The translations under genes were made by a program, and so were the position numbers. 64,000 nucleotides of DNA, taken from positions 1,954 to 65,953 of the forward strand of contig JACPNG010000025.1 of NCBI GenBank assembly GCA_016185605.1, in the 5' to 3' direction. The number at the start of each line of letters is the position of its first letter. Position 1 is the stretch's first letter. The notes under the pieces are model-generated. The model was not told where the DNA came from. It made no database searches and saw only the letters and a program-made list of their open reading frames with translations. Below are positions 9,625-19,399 of the stretch, in pieces. The DNA is from Candidatus Woesearchaeota archaeon. GTDB lineage: Archaea; Nanobdellota; Nanobdellia; SCGC-AAA011-G17; JACPNG01.

Positions 9625-10332
9625 TTATTCTGGAAATTTAAATCCGAGTTTTCTCAACGAATCATAAATCTCTTTAGGTGCGAATCCTACACTAGTCCAA
9701 GTATTTTCTGAAAGTGCTGACCACATATATGGAAATTTTGGCTCTTCCATTTCGGAACCACATAGTAAAGTATCAGTTGGGTGTTCTCCATTCATTAATG
9801 TTTTTTCCTTCCATCTTGATTGATTTTCTTCGGAAATATACTCTTTTTCTCTATATGCTAAAACTCTTTTCTTATCGAAATCATTTATTACTAAAGATAT
9901 ATATCTATTATATCTATTAGGCATGCCATTCAAATCAGCAACTATAATTATTCCCTCTAAAACTCCCCAATCATCCATTCCTTTCCAATCACCAATCTTG
10001 TGATATGGGTCTTCTTCATCATATGAAATATAATGTAATTCAAAACCTTTATGCAAAGGGCTAAAAGGGCTTCTTTCCTCAGAGTATCCTCTCATCCACA
10101 TTTTAAAGAATTCATCTGGATTTTCAGTAAAATGAGGATCAACTGATTCTTTTCCATTCAAAAACATATTATGCCAGTCAAGAGCATCATTTAACGCATC
10201 ACTTAATGGTAATATTATAGATGAATTAGGGTCTCTACCAATTTTTCTGTGATATTCTCTACTTTTTTCTGGATCCCCATAAGGATGAGATATCTTATGT
10301 CTATATATTCCGGGTTTTACTCCAGTTATCAT
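9625..10332 (-). CDS. hypothetical Trp/acidic-rich protein
   Basis: 235-aa ORF, many W/Y/D/E; no recognised motif. Confidence 0.4.
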   Translation of the reverse strand: MITGVKPGIYRHKISHPYGDPEKSREYHRKIGRDPNSSIILPLSDALNDALDWHNMFLNGKESVDPHFTENPDEFFKMWMRGYSEERSPFSPLHKGFELHYISYDEEDPYHKIGDWKGMDDWGVLEGIIIVADLNGMPNRYNRYISLVINDFDKKRVLAYREKEYISEENQSRWKEKTLMNGEHPTDTLLCGSEMEEPKFPYMWSALSENTWTSVGFAPKEIYDSLRKLGFKFPE

Positions 10333-10387
10333 AGATTTAATGCAGTTATCTCATTTATAAACCTTACTATTAGTTACTACTTAAGAA

Positions 10388-11968
10388 TTAAACAAATATC
10401 TTTCTCTTTGTTATCTCCCTTGCTATAAATCCAAGTATGAAGAATATCAATGCTCCCCCTAATAAGAACAATAATGGCTGCATAACAGCATTAAAGCTCG
10501 CATTGAACAATAATATCCTTTTAATTACATTCTCAGCTATCACAAAAGGATTGAATTTCACTATATTTGTTATGTATCCAGGCAATGTCTCTAATGGAAG
10601 TATTGTATTTGAGAAAAATAGCATTATGAATGATGCTGCTATACTTCCCAATGTTGCTGTCTCAGCTGAATTAAATAAGTATCCAATAAACATTCCTATT
10701 AATATGAATACGCTCGTTACAATGATTAACGCTAAAGCCAATGTTGGAAATACAGTTAATAATTCTTCCTTAAAGAAGTATAATGACACTAAAAATAATA
10801 TTCCAAGCTCAATTAATACCAATATTAAGTTTGTTATAAACTCTCCAAGCATAAATGTAAAGTCATTTGTAGGAGTAATAAAATTCCTGAAGTAAGCTCT
10901 GGAAACTTTTTCCCTTATGACTATTGAGGATGAGAATAATAAGCTTATAAACATTATAACCAATACAACCAATGTTGGGAATAAAAAGTTTAAATGAGTT
11001 GATTTTGATGTTATTGGCTTTACTGTGGATGTTATTGGGCTTACAATGGTTTCAGCATTTGTGACTCTTATTCCAGATATGGCTCTTTTTGTCCTGTCCA
11101 CTGAATCTTGTAATTTATTTACTTTGCCGAAAAATCCAAGCAATGAGCTTCTTGAATTATCTAATGTGCTGACAAAAGAACTTCGTTTCTCGCTTACTGT
11201 GTTTAATTTTTCCCCTAATAATCCTACTTGTTCTTCAGCCCCCTCTACCAAATCTTCTAATTCTCCAAATTTACCTCCGCTGACATTTAAGTCTTCTACT
11301 ATATCATCTATCTCATCCTGCATCCTTGTAAAATTAAAATTAGTTTCATTATATACTAAATCAAGATTTTGAAGCTCTTCTCTTATATCTTTTATATCTG
11401 AATTTATTTTGCTAGATTCATCTTTTAGTGTTGTTATTTCCAATGTGCCTTTATCAGCCTCTTCATTTACTACCTTTAATGTGGTTAGTAATTCTCCTGT
11501 TAGACTTAGACTTAACTCTTCTGCTTTGGAAGCTACTTTCGAAAATATAGTATTTGAGATTATTGCAGCTAGATTTACTCTTGATTCATCAACATAGAAT
11601 ATTATATTATTTTCTTTCTGGATGTCCATATCTTTGGGAAATATTGTGCAGACATGGTATTCTCCAAGCTTAATGCCCTCAATGCAGTTCGCTTCTGAAT
11701 CAACTTTTACAACATTATACTGCTGGTCTTTTAGATTTTCTATCAACGAATTTGTTATTTCTGAATATGATTCTGAATAGGTTGCAATCTTTAGATTGTA
11801 TAAAGAAGATGTATTAAATGCCATTCCTACTAAAAAGATTAATGCCAATGGCCCCAATATAACAATTAAGGCAGAGCTTTTTGACCTTATTAATAGTTTA
11901 ATGTCCTTTAATATTATGTTTGATATTCTCAGTAAAAAGTTTTTTGGATTAATTTGCTTGGGGTTCAT
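10388..11968 (-). CDS. ABC-2 type transporter permease with large extracytoplasmic coiled-coil loop
   Basis: N-terminal TM helix, ~300-aa extracellular insert with heptad/coiled-coil segments, C-terminal cluster of 5 TM helices; overlaps ATPase gene by 4 nt. Confidence 0.7.
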   Translation of the reverse strand: MNPKQINPKNFLLRISNIILKDIKLLIRSKSSALIVILGPLALIFLVGMAFNTSSLYNLKIATYSESYSEITNSLIENLKDQQYNVVKVDSEANCIEGIKLGEYHVCTIFPKDMDIQKENNIIFYVDESRVNLAAIISNTIFSKVASKAEELSLSLTGELLTTLKVVNEEADKGTLEITTLKDESSKINSDIKDIREELQNLDLVYNETNFNFTRMQDEIDDIVEDLNVSGGKFGELEDLVEGAEEQVGLLGEKLNTVSEKRSSFVSTLDNSRSSLLGFFGKVNKLQDSVDRTKRAISGIRVTNAETIVSPITSTVKPITSKSTHLNFLFPTLVVLVIMFISLLFSSSIVIREKVSRAYFRNFITPTNDFTFMLGEFITNLILVLIELGILFLVSLYFFKEELLTVFPTLALALIIVTSVFILIGMFIGYLFNSAETATLGSIAASFIMLFFSNTILPLETLPGYITNIVKFNPFVIAENVIKRILLFNASFNAVMQPLLFLLGGALIFFILGFIAREITKRKIFV

Positions 11969-12900
11969 TTTGTCCTTCCTGTTAATGATTCAAATACTTC
12001 CTCTAATGAGGGCTTGTCAACATCAATATCTATTAATTTTTCTTTTAGTCTTGATAATATGGCTAATAATTTCTTAAGTATATTTTCCGGCTTGGATGTA
12101 TATATTACTAATTTATGCCCTTTATTCACAACCTTTGTAACATCCTTTTTCCCTAATCTTCTCTCAATAATATCATATTTTCCAGGGAATGTTTTAAGGT
12201 GGATTTCTATATTTGTTGAATATAAATCCTTAATCTTATTGGATGATCCAGAAACTAAGATATTACCATTATGCAGTATAGCTATATTATTGCAGATGCT
12301 TTCTACTTCTTCAAGCATATGGGAAGTTAAAACTATTGTTGTTCCATTGTCATTTATCCTTTTTAACAATGCCAATATTTCCTTTCTTAATACAGGATCA
12401 AGGTCTTCTGTCGGCTCGTCTAATATCAATACAGTAGGCTCATGGATTAATGCGCATGCAATATCTAATCTTCTTTGCATTCCAGTAGATAATTCATTTG
12501 CTAATTTGGATTTGGCATCATCTAAATCCAGAAAAGATAATAACTCCTTGCTTTTCTTTACTATATTGTCCTTGTTAAGGCCGTACATCCTCCCGAAATA
12601 ATGAAGATTCTCCATTACGCTTAAATTTAAGTAATAAGAGCCAGCCTGGGTGACAAATCCAAAATTCTCCTGGACTTCTTTTTGGTATTTTAACACATTT
12701 TTAGTCTTAAAGCTGGAAGTTCCCTGAGTCGGCTTTATGAATCCAATCATTAAATTCAATATTGTGGTTTTTCCAGATCCAGATAATCCAATAATACCAT
12801 AAATATCCTTTTCATTTATTGTGAAATTAAGATTGTTAAGAATAAGATGCTTGCCATACCTCTTTGAGATATCCTTGAACTGGATTAAGGGATCAGCCAT
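11965..12900 (-). CDS. ABC transporter ATP-binding protein
   Basis: Walker A GLSGSGKTT, signature LSTGMQRRL, Walker B LILDEPTEDLD. Confidence 0.85.
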   Translation of the reverse strand: MADPLIQFKDISKRYGKHLILNNLNFTINEKDIYGIIGLSGSGKTTILNLMIGFIKPTQGTSSFKTKNVLKYQKEVQENFGFVTQAGSYYLNLSVMENLHYFGRMYGLNKDNIVKKSKELLSFLDLDDAKSKLANELSTGMQRRLDIACALIHEPTVLILDEPTEDLDPVLRKEILALLKRINDNGTTIVLTSHMLEEVESICNNIAILHNGNILVSGSSNKIKDLYSTNIEIHLKTFPGKYDIIERRLGKKDVTKVVNKGHKLVIYTSKPENILKKLLAILSRLKEKLIDIDVDKPSLEEVFESLTGRTK

Positions 12901-13001
12901 TAAATGAGTTTTATTTATATAGTTATTAAAGTTTTTTAGTAATTTTAGAGAGGTAACTCATAAACAAAAGATTTATATAATATAGCAGACTATAATTTAC
13001 T

Positions 13002-13220
13002 ATGGCAACAACAATACAAATAACAGAAAAACTCCAAAATGAGCTTTCCAAGAAAAAAATGTTTGAAAAAGAAACATATGAAGAGGTTATCTGGGATTTG
13101 ATAGAAGATAGCCAGGAATTGAGCGAAGAAACAAAACAAGAGCTTCAGGAATCCCGCAATGAAATAAAGAAAGGCAGGTTCTATTCCATGGAACAAGTCA
13201 AAAAAGAGCTTAAACTTTAA
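13002..13220 (+). CDS. antitoxin of RelE/ParE-type TA pair
   Basis: 72-aa acidic helical protein; its stop TAA abuts the start of the downstream RelE-like gene. Confidence 0.55.
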   Translation: MATTIQITEKLQNELSKKKMFEKETYEEVIWDLIEDSQELSEETKQELQESRNEIKKGRFYSMEQVKKELKL

Positions 13221-13469
13221 ATGTATGAAATTATTTTTTCTAATAAAGCAAAGAAACAATTGGGAAAATTAGAAAGGAATATTCAAGAAAGAATAATAAA
13301 TTCCCTTAAGAGGATTAAAATAAGGCCAGAATCATTCATTACAAAGCTTGTTGGAGATCCTGCTTATAAATTAAGAGTCGGAGATTACAGAATTTTATTA
13401 GATATAGACAGAGGAAAGCTTCTTATTCTTGTTATCAAAGTTGGCCATAGAAAGAACGTTTATGATTAA
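13221..13469 (+). CDS. relE: RelE/ParE-family toxin
   Basis: 82 aa; ...YKLRVGDYRILLDIDRGKLLILVIKVGHRKNVYD matches RelE/ParE core (YRIiy..d......i.VgHRkdvY). Confidence 0.75.
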   Translation: MYEIIFSNKAKKQLGKLERNIQERIINSLKRIKIRPESFITKLVGDPAYKLRVGDYRILLDIDRGKLLILVIKVGHRKNVYD

Positions 13470-13555
13470 TGAAGCAAATAATTTTTTATAATAATTGGGA
13501 CATTAAAGTTCAATAAATTGGAAAGACTTTTAAATTAACTATTTTAGATAATGAG

Positions 13556-14272
13556 ATGAAAACCAAGAAAGGAGATTTTATTGAATTAGATTTTGTAGCA
13601 AGGTTAAAGGAGAATAATAAGATATTTGACCTTACTAGTAAGGAAATAGCAGAGAAAGAGAATATTTATGATGAAAAATATGAGTACAAGCCAATAATAT
13701 TGTGCATTGGAAATAATGATGTTGTTAAAGGATTAGACAAAGAGTTAGAAGATAAGGAGCTTAACAAGGAATATAAAATAGAGATAAAGGCAGAAGAGGG
13801 ATTCGGAAAAAAAGACGCTAAGTTATTCCAGTTAGTAAACACAAATAAATTCAGGCAGCAGAATATAATGCCATATCCTGGACTGCAAGTTAATGTTGAT
13901 AATATGTTCGGAATTGTCAAAACCATTTCTGGCAATAGAACCATGATAGACTTTAATCATCCCTTGGCTGGAAAAGACATAGTATATGAGTTTAAAATAA
14001 ACAGGATTGTAACAGAAGACAAGGAAAAATTAAGAGGATTTCTAAATTTATACCTAGGAAAAGATACAGAATTTATATTAGAAGAAAATAAAGCAGTTAT
14101 AAAATTAGAATTGCCTAAGGAACTTCAAGAGCCATTAACAGAAAAAATAAAATCAATAATTCCAAGCATAAAAGAAATTGAATTCAAAAAAGAGGAAAAG
14201 AAAGAAGAAAAAACTGAAGTGGAAGAAGAGAAGAAAGACATAGAGAATGATGCTAAAAGAACAATTAAGTAA
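13556..14272 (+). CDS. FKBP-type peptidyl-prolyl cis-trans isomerase (long archaeal type) with K/E-rich tail
   Basis: GDFIELDFVARLKENNKIFD..., IDFNHPLAGKDIVYEFKINRI FKBP core with IF insertion; C-terminal KEEKKEEKTEVEEEKKD tail. Confidence 0.8.
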   Translation: MKTKKGDFIELDFVARLKENNKIFDLTSKEIAEKENIYDEKYEYKPIILCIGNNDVVKGLDKELEDKELNKEYKIEIKAEEGFGKKDAKLFQLVNTNKFRQQNIMPYPGLQVNVDNMFGIVKTISGNRTMIDFNHPLAGKDIVYEFKINRIVTEDKEKLRGFLNLYLGKDTEFILEENKAVIKLELPKELQEPLTEKIKSIIPSIKEIEFKKEEKKEEKTEVEEEKKDIENDAKRTIK

Positions 14273-14714
14273 ATTCTTAGTTAGGGCAAAGAAAAAGACT
14301 TATGCTAGTAATAATAGTTTAGAAAGAATTTTAGAAGATGGAGCTAGGGAATTATTATATGAAGAAGAGATAGAAGAAGGAGCAAAATGCACTTATAGAG
14401 ATAGATATTTTGGACTTAATCCATTTATTGGAGAAGAAATTGTTTCTGTTAATGGAAAACCAATCTGGGGTATGAATTATTATGGAAGTTGTATGAATTT
14501 TGACAGTAAGAGAGCATATAGTTTTCTGAAAAGAATGTTGAGAAGAGTGGGAAAAAATAAGCCTTTTAGAGGTCCTGAATGGGTTAAGAATGGAAATTAT
14601 GAGTACTTTAACTCTGTTACTGGAAGTTTAGGAAAATTTAAAGGAGAAGAAAAGATTTTATTTAAGGGACAATTAGTTTATTTAGCATATTATCATGGCG
14701 GATTTATAGAATGA
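14247..14714 (+). CDS. hypothetical protein (co-transcribed between FKBP and NUDIX)
   Basis: 155-aa ORF overlapping both neighbours; no confident family assignment. Confidence 0.45.
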   Translation: MMLKEQLSKFLVRAKKKTYASNNSLERILEDGARELLYEEEIEEGAKCTYRDRYFGLNPFIGEEIVSVNGKPIWGMNYYGSCMNFDSKRAYSFLKRMLRRVGKNKPFRGPEWVKNGNYEYFNSVTGSLGKFKGEEKILFKGQLVYLAYYHGGFIE

Positions 14715-15109
14715 AAAAAATACAAAATTCGGGCTGTGCAATAATAAAAGAAGGGAAATTATTAGTTCTCCGGAAAATAAAACACAATCATTATGAATTT
14801 CCTGGTGGAAAAGTGAATTCTGGAGAGAGTTTAGAGGAAGCAGCTGAAAGAGAGACCAAAGAAGAGATTGGTTGTGATGTAAAATTAATAAAATATATTG
14901 GGTATAAGGAGTTTCATGTTGATGGAAGAGAATTTAGAAGTCATAAGTTCTTGGCTAAAATTATAGAAAGTCAAACTCCAAGAATAATGGAACCGGACAA
15001 ATTTAGAGACATTTTCTGGCTTCCGATGAAAGAGTATAAAAATTATTTATGTGCTCCAAATGTAAAAGAATTTTGTCAGGATTATATTGATGGTAAATTA
15101 GATTTATAG
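14711..15109 (+). CDS. NUDIX hydrolase
   Basis: Nudix box GGKVNSGESLEEAAERETKEEIGCDV. Confidence 0.8.
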   Translation: MKKIQNSGCAIIKEGKLLVLRKIKHNHYEFPGGKVNSGESLEEAAERETKEEIGCDVKLIKYIGYKEFHVDGREFRSHKFLAKIIESQTPRIMEPDKFRDIFWLPMKEYKNYLCAPNVKEFCQDYIDGKLDL

Positions 15110-15217
15110 AACTTAATAATGCATAAATCCATTTAATCAAACATAGATTATATTATAATTAAATTTATATATATGATAGACAAAAAAAGAGTATATTCAT
15201 TCTGAAAAAAGGAAAAA

Positions 15218-16288
15218 ATGGCGGAAATAACCCAAAAGAGGACAAAGTTAAAGATAGACGAGGAGTTAGAACAGATAATTGCGCAGCAGCAAGCAAGAGT
15301 TAAAGTGGTTGGCTGCGGCGGAGGAGGAAATAATACAATAAGCAGGATGGCTGACATAGGAATAACAGGAGCTGAGTTAATTGCGCTTAATACAGATGCT
15401 CAGGATCTTCTTTATACAAACGCCCAGACTAAGATATTAATAGGAAGGGAATTAACCAAAGGACTAGGGGCTGGCTCAATGCCCCATGTTGGGGAGGAAG
15501 CTGCCAAGGAATCTGAACAGTCAATAAAGCAGTCATTGCAGAATTCTGATTTAGTATTCATAACTTGCGGATTAGGAGGAGGAACAGGAACTGGAGCATC
15601 TCCAATAGTTGCAGAAGTAGCTAAAAAACTAGGGGCATTAACAGTAGCTATTGTTACTATTCCATTCCAGATGGAGGGCCAGAGAAGATATGAAAACGCT
15701 ATAATTGGATTGGAAAAATTAGAGAATATTGTAGATACATTAATTGTAATTCCAAATGATAAATTAATTGAATTAGCTCCTGATTTGCCTTTACAAATAG
15801 CGTTTAAAATAGCAGATGAAATATTAACAAATGCTGTAAAAGGAATAGCTGAATTAGTTACAAAAGCTGGATTAGTAAATCTGGATTTTGCAGACATAAG
15901 AGCTGTAATGGGCAAAGGAGGAGTGGCAATGATAGGAGTAGGAGAAAGTGATACTGAAAATAGAGCCATAGAGGCAGTTCAAAAGGCTTTAACTAATCCT
16001 TTATTGGATGTTGATGTTACAGGAGCTAACGGAGCATTAATCAATGTCTCTGGAGGAAAAGATATGACTTTAGATGAGGCAAAAAAAGTAGTTGAGACTG
16101 TTTCTTCTAAACTAAATGAGGAAGCCAGAATAATCTGGGGCGCCCAGATCTCAGAAGACTTGGACAAAACAATAAGAACAATGCTGATTATTACAGGAGT
16201 TTCTAGTCCTCAGATATTTGGGCAGAAAAGAGGATTAAAAGCCAAGAAAGAGATGGCCAATGAATTAGGAATAGAATTCCTGGATTAA
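15218..16288 (+). CDS. ftsZ: cell division GTPase FtsZ
   Basis: [10 protein letters not shown], tubulin signature GGGTGTG, T7 loop region; 356 aa. Confidence 0.95.
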   Translation: MAEITQKRTKLKIDEELEQIIAQQQARVKVVGCGGGGNNTISRMADIGITGAELIALNTDAQDLLYTNAQTKILIGRELTKGLGAGSMPHVGEEAAKESEQSIKQSLQNSDLVFITCGLGGGTGTGASPIVAEVAKKLGALTVAIVTIPFQMEGQRRYENAIIGLEKLENIVDTLIVIPNDKLIELAPDLPLQIAFKIADEILTNAVKGIAELVTKAGLVNLDFADIRAVMGKGGVAMIGVGESDTENRAIEAVQKALTNPLLDVDVTGANGALINVSGGKDMTLDEAKKVVETVSSKLNEEARIIWGAQISEDLDKTIRTMLIITGVSSPQIFGQKRGLKAKKEMANELGIEFLD

Positions 16289-16290
16289 AA

Positions 16291-16605
16291 TTATTGAGAA
16301 TAAATATTTTTTACTTCCTTTATCAATTCTTCTTTATTAGAATAACCTGATTCTTCTATTGCTTTTATTAGTCTGCCATATAATAATACCCTTATTAGTC
16401 TTGTATATAATTCATTTCTTTGATTTCCGTTTGGGCTGGTATTTTCCACCAATCTTAATATATCTGATCCTAATTGAATTGATTGGCTCTTTATGCACGT
16501 TGTACTCTCTTTATGACTCGCAAATTTAAGATATTCTATTCTAGTACTTATTATAAAAATTAAATCCTCTAAACTCAAGTTATTAACAATTTCTTCAACT
16601 GGCAT
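16291..16605 (-). CDS. hypothetical protein
   Basis: 104-aa ORF convergent with ftsZ. Confidence 0.35.
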   Translation of the reverse strand: MPVEEIVNNLSLEDLIFIISTRIEYLKFASHKESTTCIKSQSIQLGSDILRLVENTSPNGNQRNELYTRLIRVLLYGRLIKAIEESGYSNKEELIKEVKNIYSQ

Positions 16606-16691
16606 AGTTTCCTTCCATAAAAACTTATGAATAGTTTCATAGAAACTTTAGGAGAATTTAATAATCGTTTATAAACGTTTCCATACAAAAG

Positions 16692-16705
16692 ATTTATAAA
16701 TAAAT
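16692..16705 (+). promoter_or_regulatory. candidate archaeal TATA element upstream of secE
   Basis: TTTATAAATAAATA 17-30 nt upstream of the secE ATG at 16722. Confidence 0.3.
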
Positions 16706-16721
16706 ATTTGAGTAAACATTC

Positions 16722-16907
16722 ATGCCTAATAAAATTCTAATTAAGCTTACAGGCTTTTTACAGCAGTGTAAGAGGGTATTGCAGATAACAAAAAAGCCGG
16801 GAAAGGAAGAATATCTGACTATTGTAAAGGTCAGCGGAATTGGAATATTAATAATAGGAGCAATAGGATTCATAATAACAATAATAGCCCAATTGTCAAT
16901 ACAATAA
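16722..16907 (+). CDS. secE: protein translocase subunit SecE / Sec61-gamma
   Basis: 61 aa, basic N-terminus then a single C-terminal TM helix; positioned immediately upstream of spt5 and rpl11 as in the conserved archaeal cluster. Confidence 0.7.
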   Translation: MPNKILIKLTGFLQQCKRVLQITKKPGKEEYLTIVKVSGIGILIIGAIGFIITIIAQLSIQ

Positions 16908-16908
16908 A

Positions 16909-17376
16909 ATGGAAAACAAAATATTTGCATTAAGAACAACAGCTAATAGGGAAGACCAAGTATTGGATTTTGTGACAGGAAATGTCCAGAAAAAACAACT
17001 GGAAGTATATTCAATTATAAGACCCCATGGATTAAGGGGATATATATTTGTGGAAGCTAGGTCAAGAGAGGATGTAGAGGAAGCATTTAAGGGAATTCCA
17101 TATGCTAGAGGATTACTGCCAAATGAGATTGACTATAAAGAAATAGAGCATATGCTTGAGCAGATTAAGAGGGAAGTTAATATCCAGAAGGGAGATATTG
17201 TCGAGATTATATCTGGACCATTCAAGAGGGAAAAAGCAAAAATATCAAGAGTGGATTTACAGAAAGAAGAGGTTGTAGTTGAGTTACTGGAGACAGCTGT
17301 TCCAATACCAATAACAGTTAAGTTAGATGCAGTAAAAGTCATAAGGAGAGACACAGAAGAGGAGATAAGAGAATAA
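16909..17376 (+). CDS. spt5: transcription elongation factor Spt5 (NusG homolog)
   Basis: NGN domain plus KOW motif GDIVEIISGPFKREKAKISRVD. Confidence 0.85.
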   Translation: MENKIFALRTTANREDQVLDFVTGNVQKKQLEVYSIIRPHGLRGYIFVEARSREDVEEAFKGIPYARGLLPNEIDYKEIEHMLEQIKREVNIQKGDIVEIISGPFKREKAKISRVDLQKEEVVVELLETAVPIPITVKLDAVKVIRRDTEEEIRE

Positions 17377-17377
17377 A

Positions 17378-18133
17378 ATGTCAGAAAAAATTACTGTATT
17401 GGTTGACGGAGGAAAAGCAAGCGCTGGACCACCCATAGGAAGCACATTAGGGCCTAAAGGCATTAACGTTAGCCAGGTAGTTTCTGATATAAACAAAAAA
17501 ACAGACAGCTTCAAGGGGATGAAGGTTCCTGTCAACATAATAATAGAAAAAGACAAGTCATATAAGATTGAGGTTGGAACTCCGCCAGTATCTGAATTAA
17601 TCAAGAAAGAAATAAATGCTGAAAAAGGATCTGGAACCCCAAATATAAACAAGATAGGAAATCTAGGGATTGAGCAGGCTATTAAAGTAGCCAAGATGAA
17701 ATATGATTCAATGTTTGTCAAGGATTTAAAAGCAGCTGTTAAATCTGTTATAGGAAGCGCCAACTCAGCTGGAATACTAACAGAGGGAATGTCTTCTTTG
17801 GAAGTCAATAAATTAATAGATTCTGGAAAATTTGACAATGAGATAAAAAATGAATTAATTGAATTATCAGAAGAAAAGAAGCAGAAGTTGGATGAGCAGT
17901 TAACAGCTATACAAGAATTATTAAAGAAAGAATTGGAGAAACAAAAAGCATTAGAGGAAGCTGAAAAAGCCAAGGAAGCAAAGCCAGAAGCTGAAGTCAA
18001 GGAAGAGAAAGTAGAAGGAAAAGAAGAGAAGAAGGATGTTAAAGAAGAGGTAAAAGGAAAAGAAGTTAAAGCTAAAGAGCCTGTTAAAGAAACAAAAGCT
18101 AAAGAAACAAAAGGAAAAGAAGCAAAGAAATAA
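17378..18133 (+). CDS. rpl11: 50S ribosomal protein uL11 with ~90-aa Lys/Glu-rich C-terminal extension
   Basis: N-terminal ITVLVDGGKASAGPPIGSTLGPKGINV uL11 core; residues ~160-251 are low-complexity K/E/A repeats. Confidence 0.85.
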   Translation: MSEKITVLVDGGKASAGPPIGSTLGPKGINVSQVVSDINKKTDSFKGMKVPVNIIIEKDKSYKIEVGTPPVSELIKKEINAEKGSGTPNINKIGNLGIEQAIKVAKMKYDSMFVKDLKAAVKSVIGSANSAGILTEGMSSLEVNKLIDSGKFDNEIKNELIELSEEKKQKLDEQLTAIQELLKKELEKQKALEEAEKAKEAKPEAEVKEEKVEGKEEKKDVKEEVKGKEVKAKEPVKETKAKETKGKEAKK

Positions 18134-18134
18134 A

Positions 18135-18431
18135 TTAGCTTTTTCCAGCTTTTTCTAAGATATATATAAGTTGCTCAAGTCCACTTTTCCGAATTTTAAC
18201 AAGCTCAATTAATTCATAAACTTTTGGTATATTATTGTATCTCTTCATTGATTCGATAACAGAGTTTAGTTCTTCAACAAATTCTTCAGGTGTTTTAGTC
18301 CAAGCAGAATGGCCTACAACCATTTTATTCTCATAAACTTCTATTTCTTTTTGTAAAAGTATTAGTCTCCCGTATTTTTCCACTAAATCATTAACTTCAT
18401 TTGGCGTGTATTCTTTATATTCTCCTTCCAT
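18135..18431 (-). CDS. hypothetical protein (downstream member of two-gene cassette)
   Basis: 98 aa helical protein. Confidence 0.35.
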   Translation of the reverse strand: MEGEYKEYTPNEVNDLVEKYGRLILLQKEIEVYENKMVVGHSAWTKTPEEFVEELNSVIESMKRYNNIPKVYELIELVKIRKSGLEQLIYILEKAGKS

Positions 18432-18708
18432 CTTGTCCTCCAGTCACTTTTCTTTCAATACCAGCATGAAAACCACCAATCAATTCTAAAATTTTATCAG
18501 CTTTAACTTTTACTCTGTTAAAAGCGGGATTATTATTATATCCTTCAGCTTCTCTTAAAGTCAATCTAACGTCTTCTATAATCTTCTTTGTATCTTCTAT
18601 ATCGCGAATCCCCAAAGAACCATCACTCAACATTCCAGGAAGATTAGTTTCATAATAAATCAATCTTTCATAGATTTTTAGTAAATGATCAGGATAAATA
18701 ACTTCCAT
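18415..18708 (-). CDS. hypothetical protein (upstream member of overlapping two-gene cassette)
   Basis: 97 aa; overlaps downstream ORF by 17 nt. Confidence 0.35.
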   Translation of the reverse strand: MEVIYPDHLLKIYERLIYYETNLPGMLSDGSLGIRDIEDTKKIIEDVRLTLREAEGYNNNPAFNRVKVKADKILELIGGFHAGIERKVTGGQDGRRI

Positions 18709-18710
18709 TT

Positions 18711-19313
18711 TTAATCTGGGGTGAAATCCTCTAATACATATTTGAATTCAGAGTCTTTTTTTATAATATCCTTTGATTTTAGGTATTCCTTTGCTAATAT
18801 AAAAAATAATAATGCCAATGATTTTTTTCCTTTATTGTTCATTGGAACAACCAAGTCAATATAATTGGCTTCATTGTTTGTGTCGCATAAGCTTATTACT
18901 GGAATTCCTACCCTAACAGCATCCCTTATTGCATTCTTGTCAGGATATGGATCTGTCACCAAAACAATCTTGGCTTCTGTAAATGTCTCTAATGACGAAT
19001 TTGTCAATACCCCTGGAGGATATCTTCCTGCAAATGACCTAATTCCTGTTATTTTGGAAAATAATCTTACTGCTTTCTCCCCATTTTCCCTTCTGCATAC
19101 TATCAATATGTCATTAGGCTCATATCTTGAGAGAAATTTTGAGGCTATCCCAATCCTTTCATCTATCCTTTGTATATTCATCACAGCCAAGCCATCTGGC
19201 CTTATTTTATAGATAAAAGGCTCCATATACTTTGTTTTATACCTTGTTCCTATATGAAGGCCTACTTTTAGGTATAAATCCAATGGAACTAATAATTGCT
19301 GCTCATTTGCCAT
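18711..19313 (-). CDS. rps2: 30S ribosomal protein uS2
   Basis: LLVPLDLYLKVGLHIGTRYKTKYMEPFIYKIRPDGLAVMNIQRIDERI typical archaeal S2 N-terminus. Confidence 0.85.
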   Translation of the reverse strand: MANEQQLLVPLDLYLKVGLHIGTRYKTKYMEPFIYKIRPDGLAVMNIQRIDERIGIASKFLSRYEPNDILIVCRRENGEKAVRLFSKITGIRSFAGRYPPGVLTNSSLETFTEAKIVLVTDPYPDKNAIRDAVRVGIPVISLCDTNNEANYIDLVVPMNNKGKKSLALLFFILAKEYLKSKDIIKKDSEFKYVLEDFTPD

Positions 19314-19399
19314 TACCAGCTTAAAAAATATTGTATTTATAAAACTTATTATTTTTGGATTTGAGAAATAAAAATATTTTTATATGACTTAAATAGACA

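Noticed and set aside
12990-13259. 89-aa minus-strand ORF.
   Set aside because: Overlaps the relE-antitoxin pair antisense; F/L/C-rich with no motif. The plus-strand TA genes have homology and operon logic.
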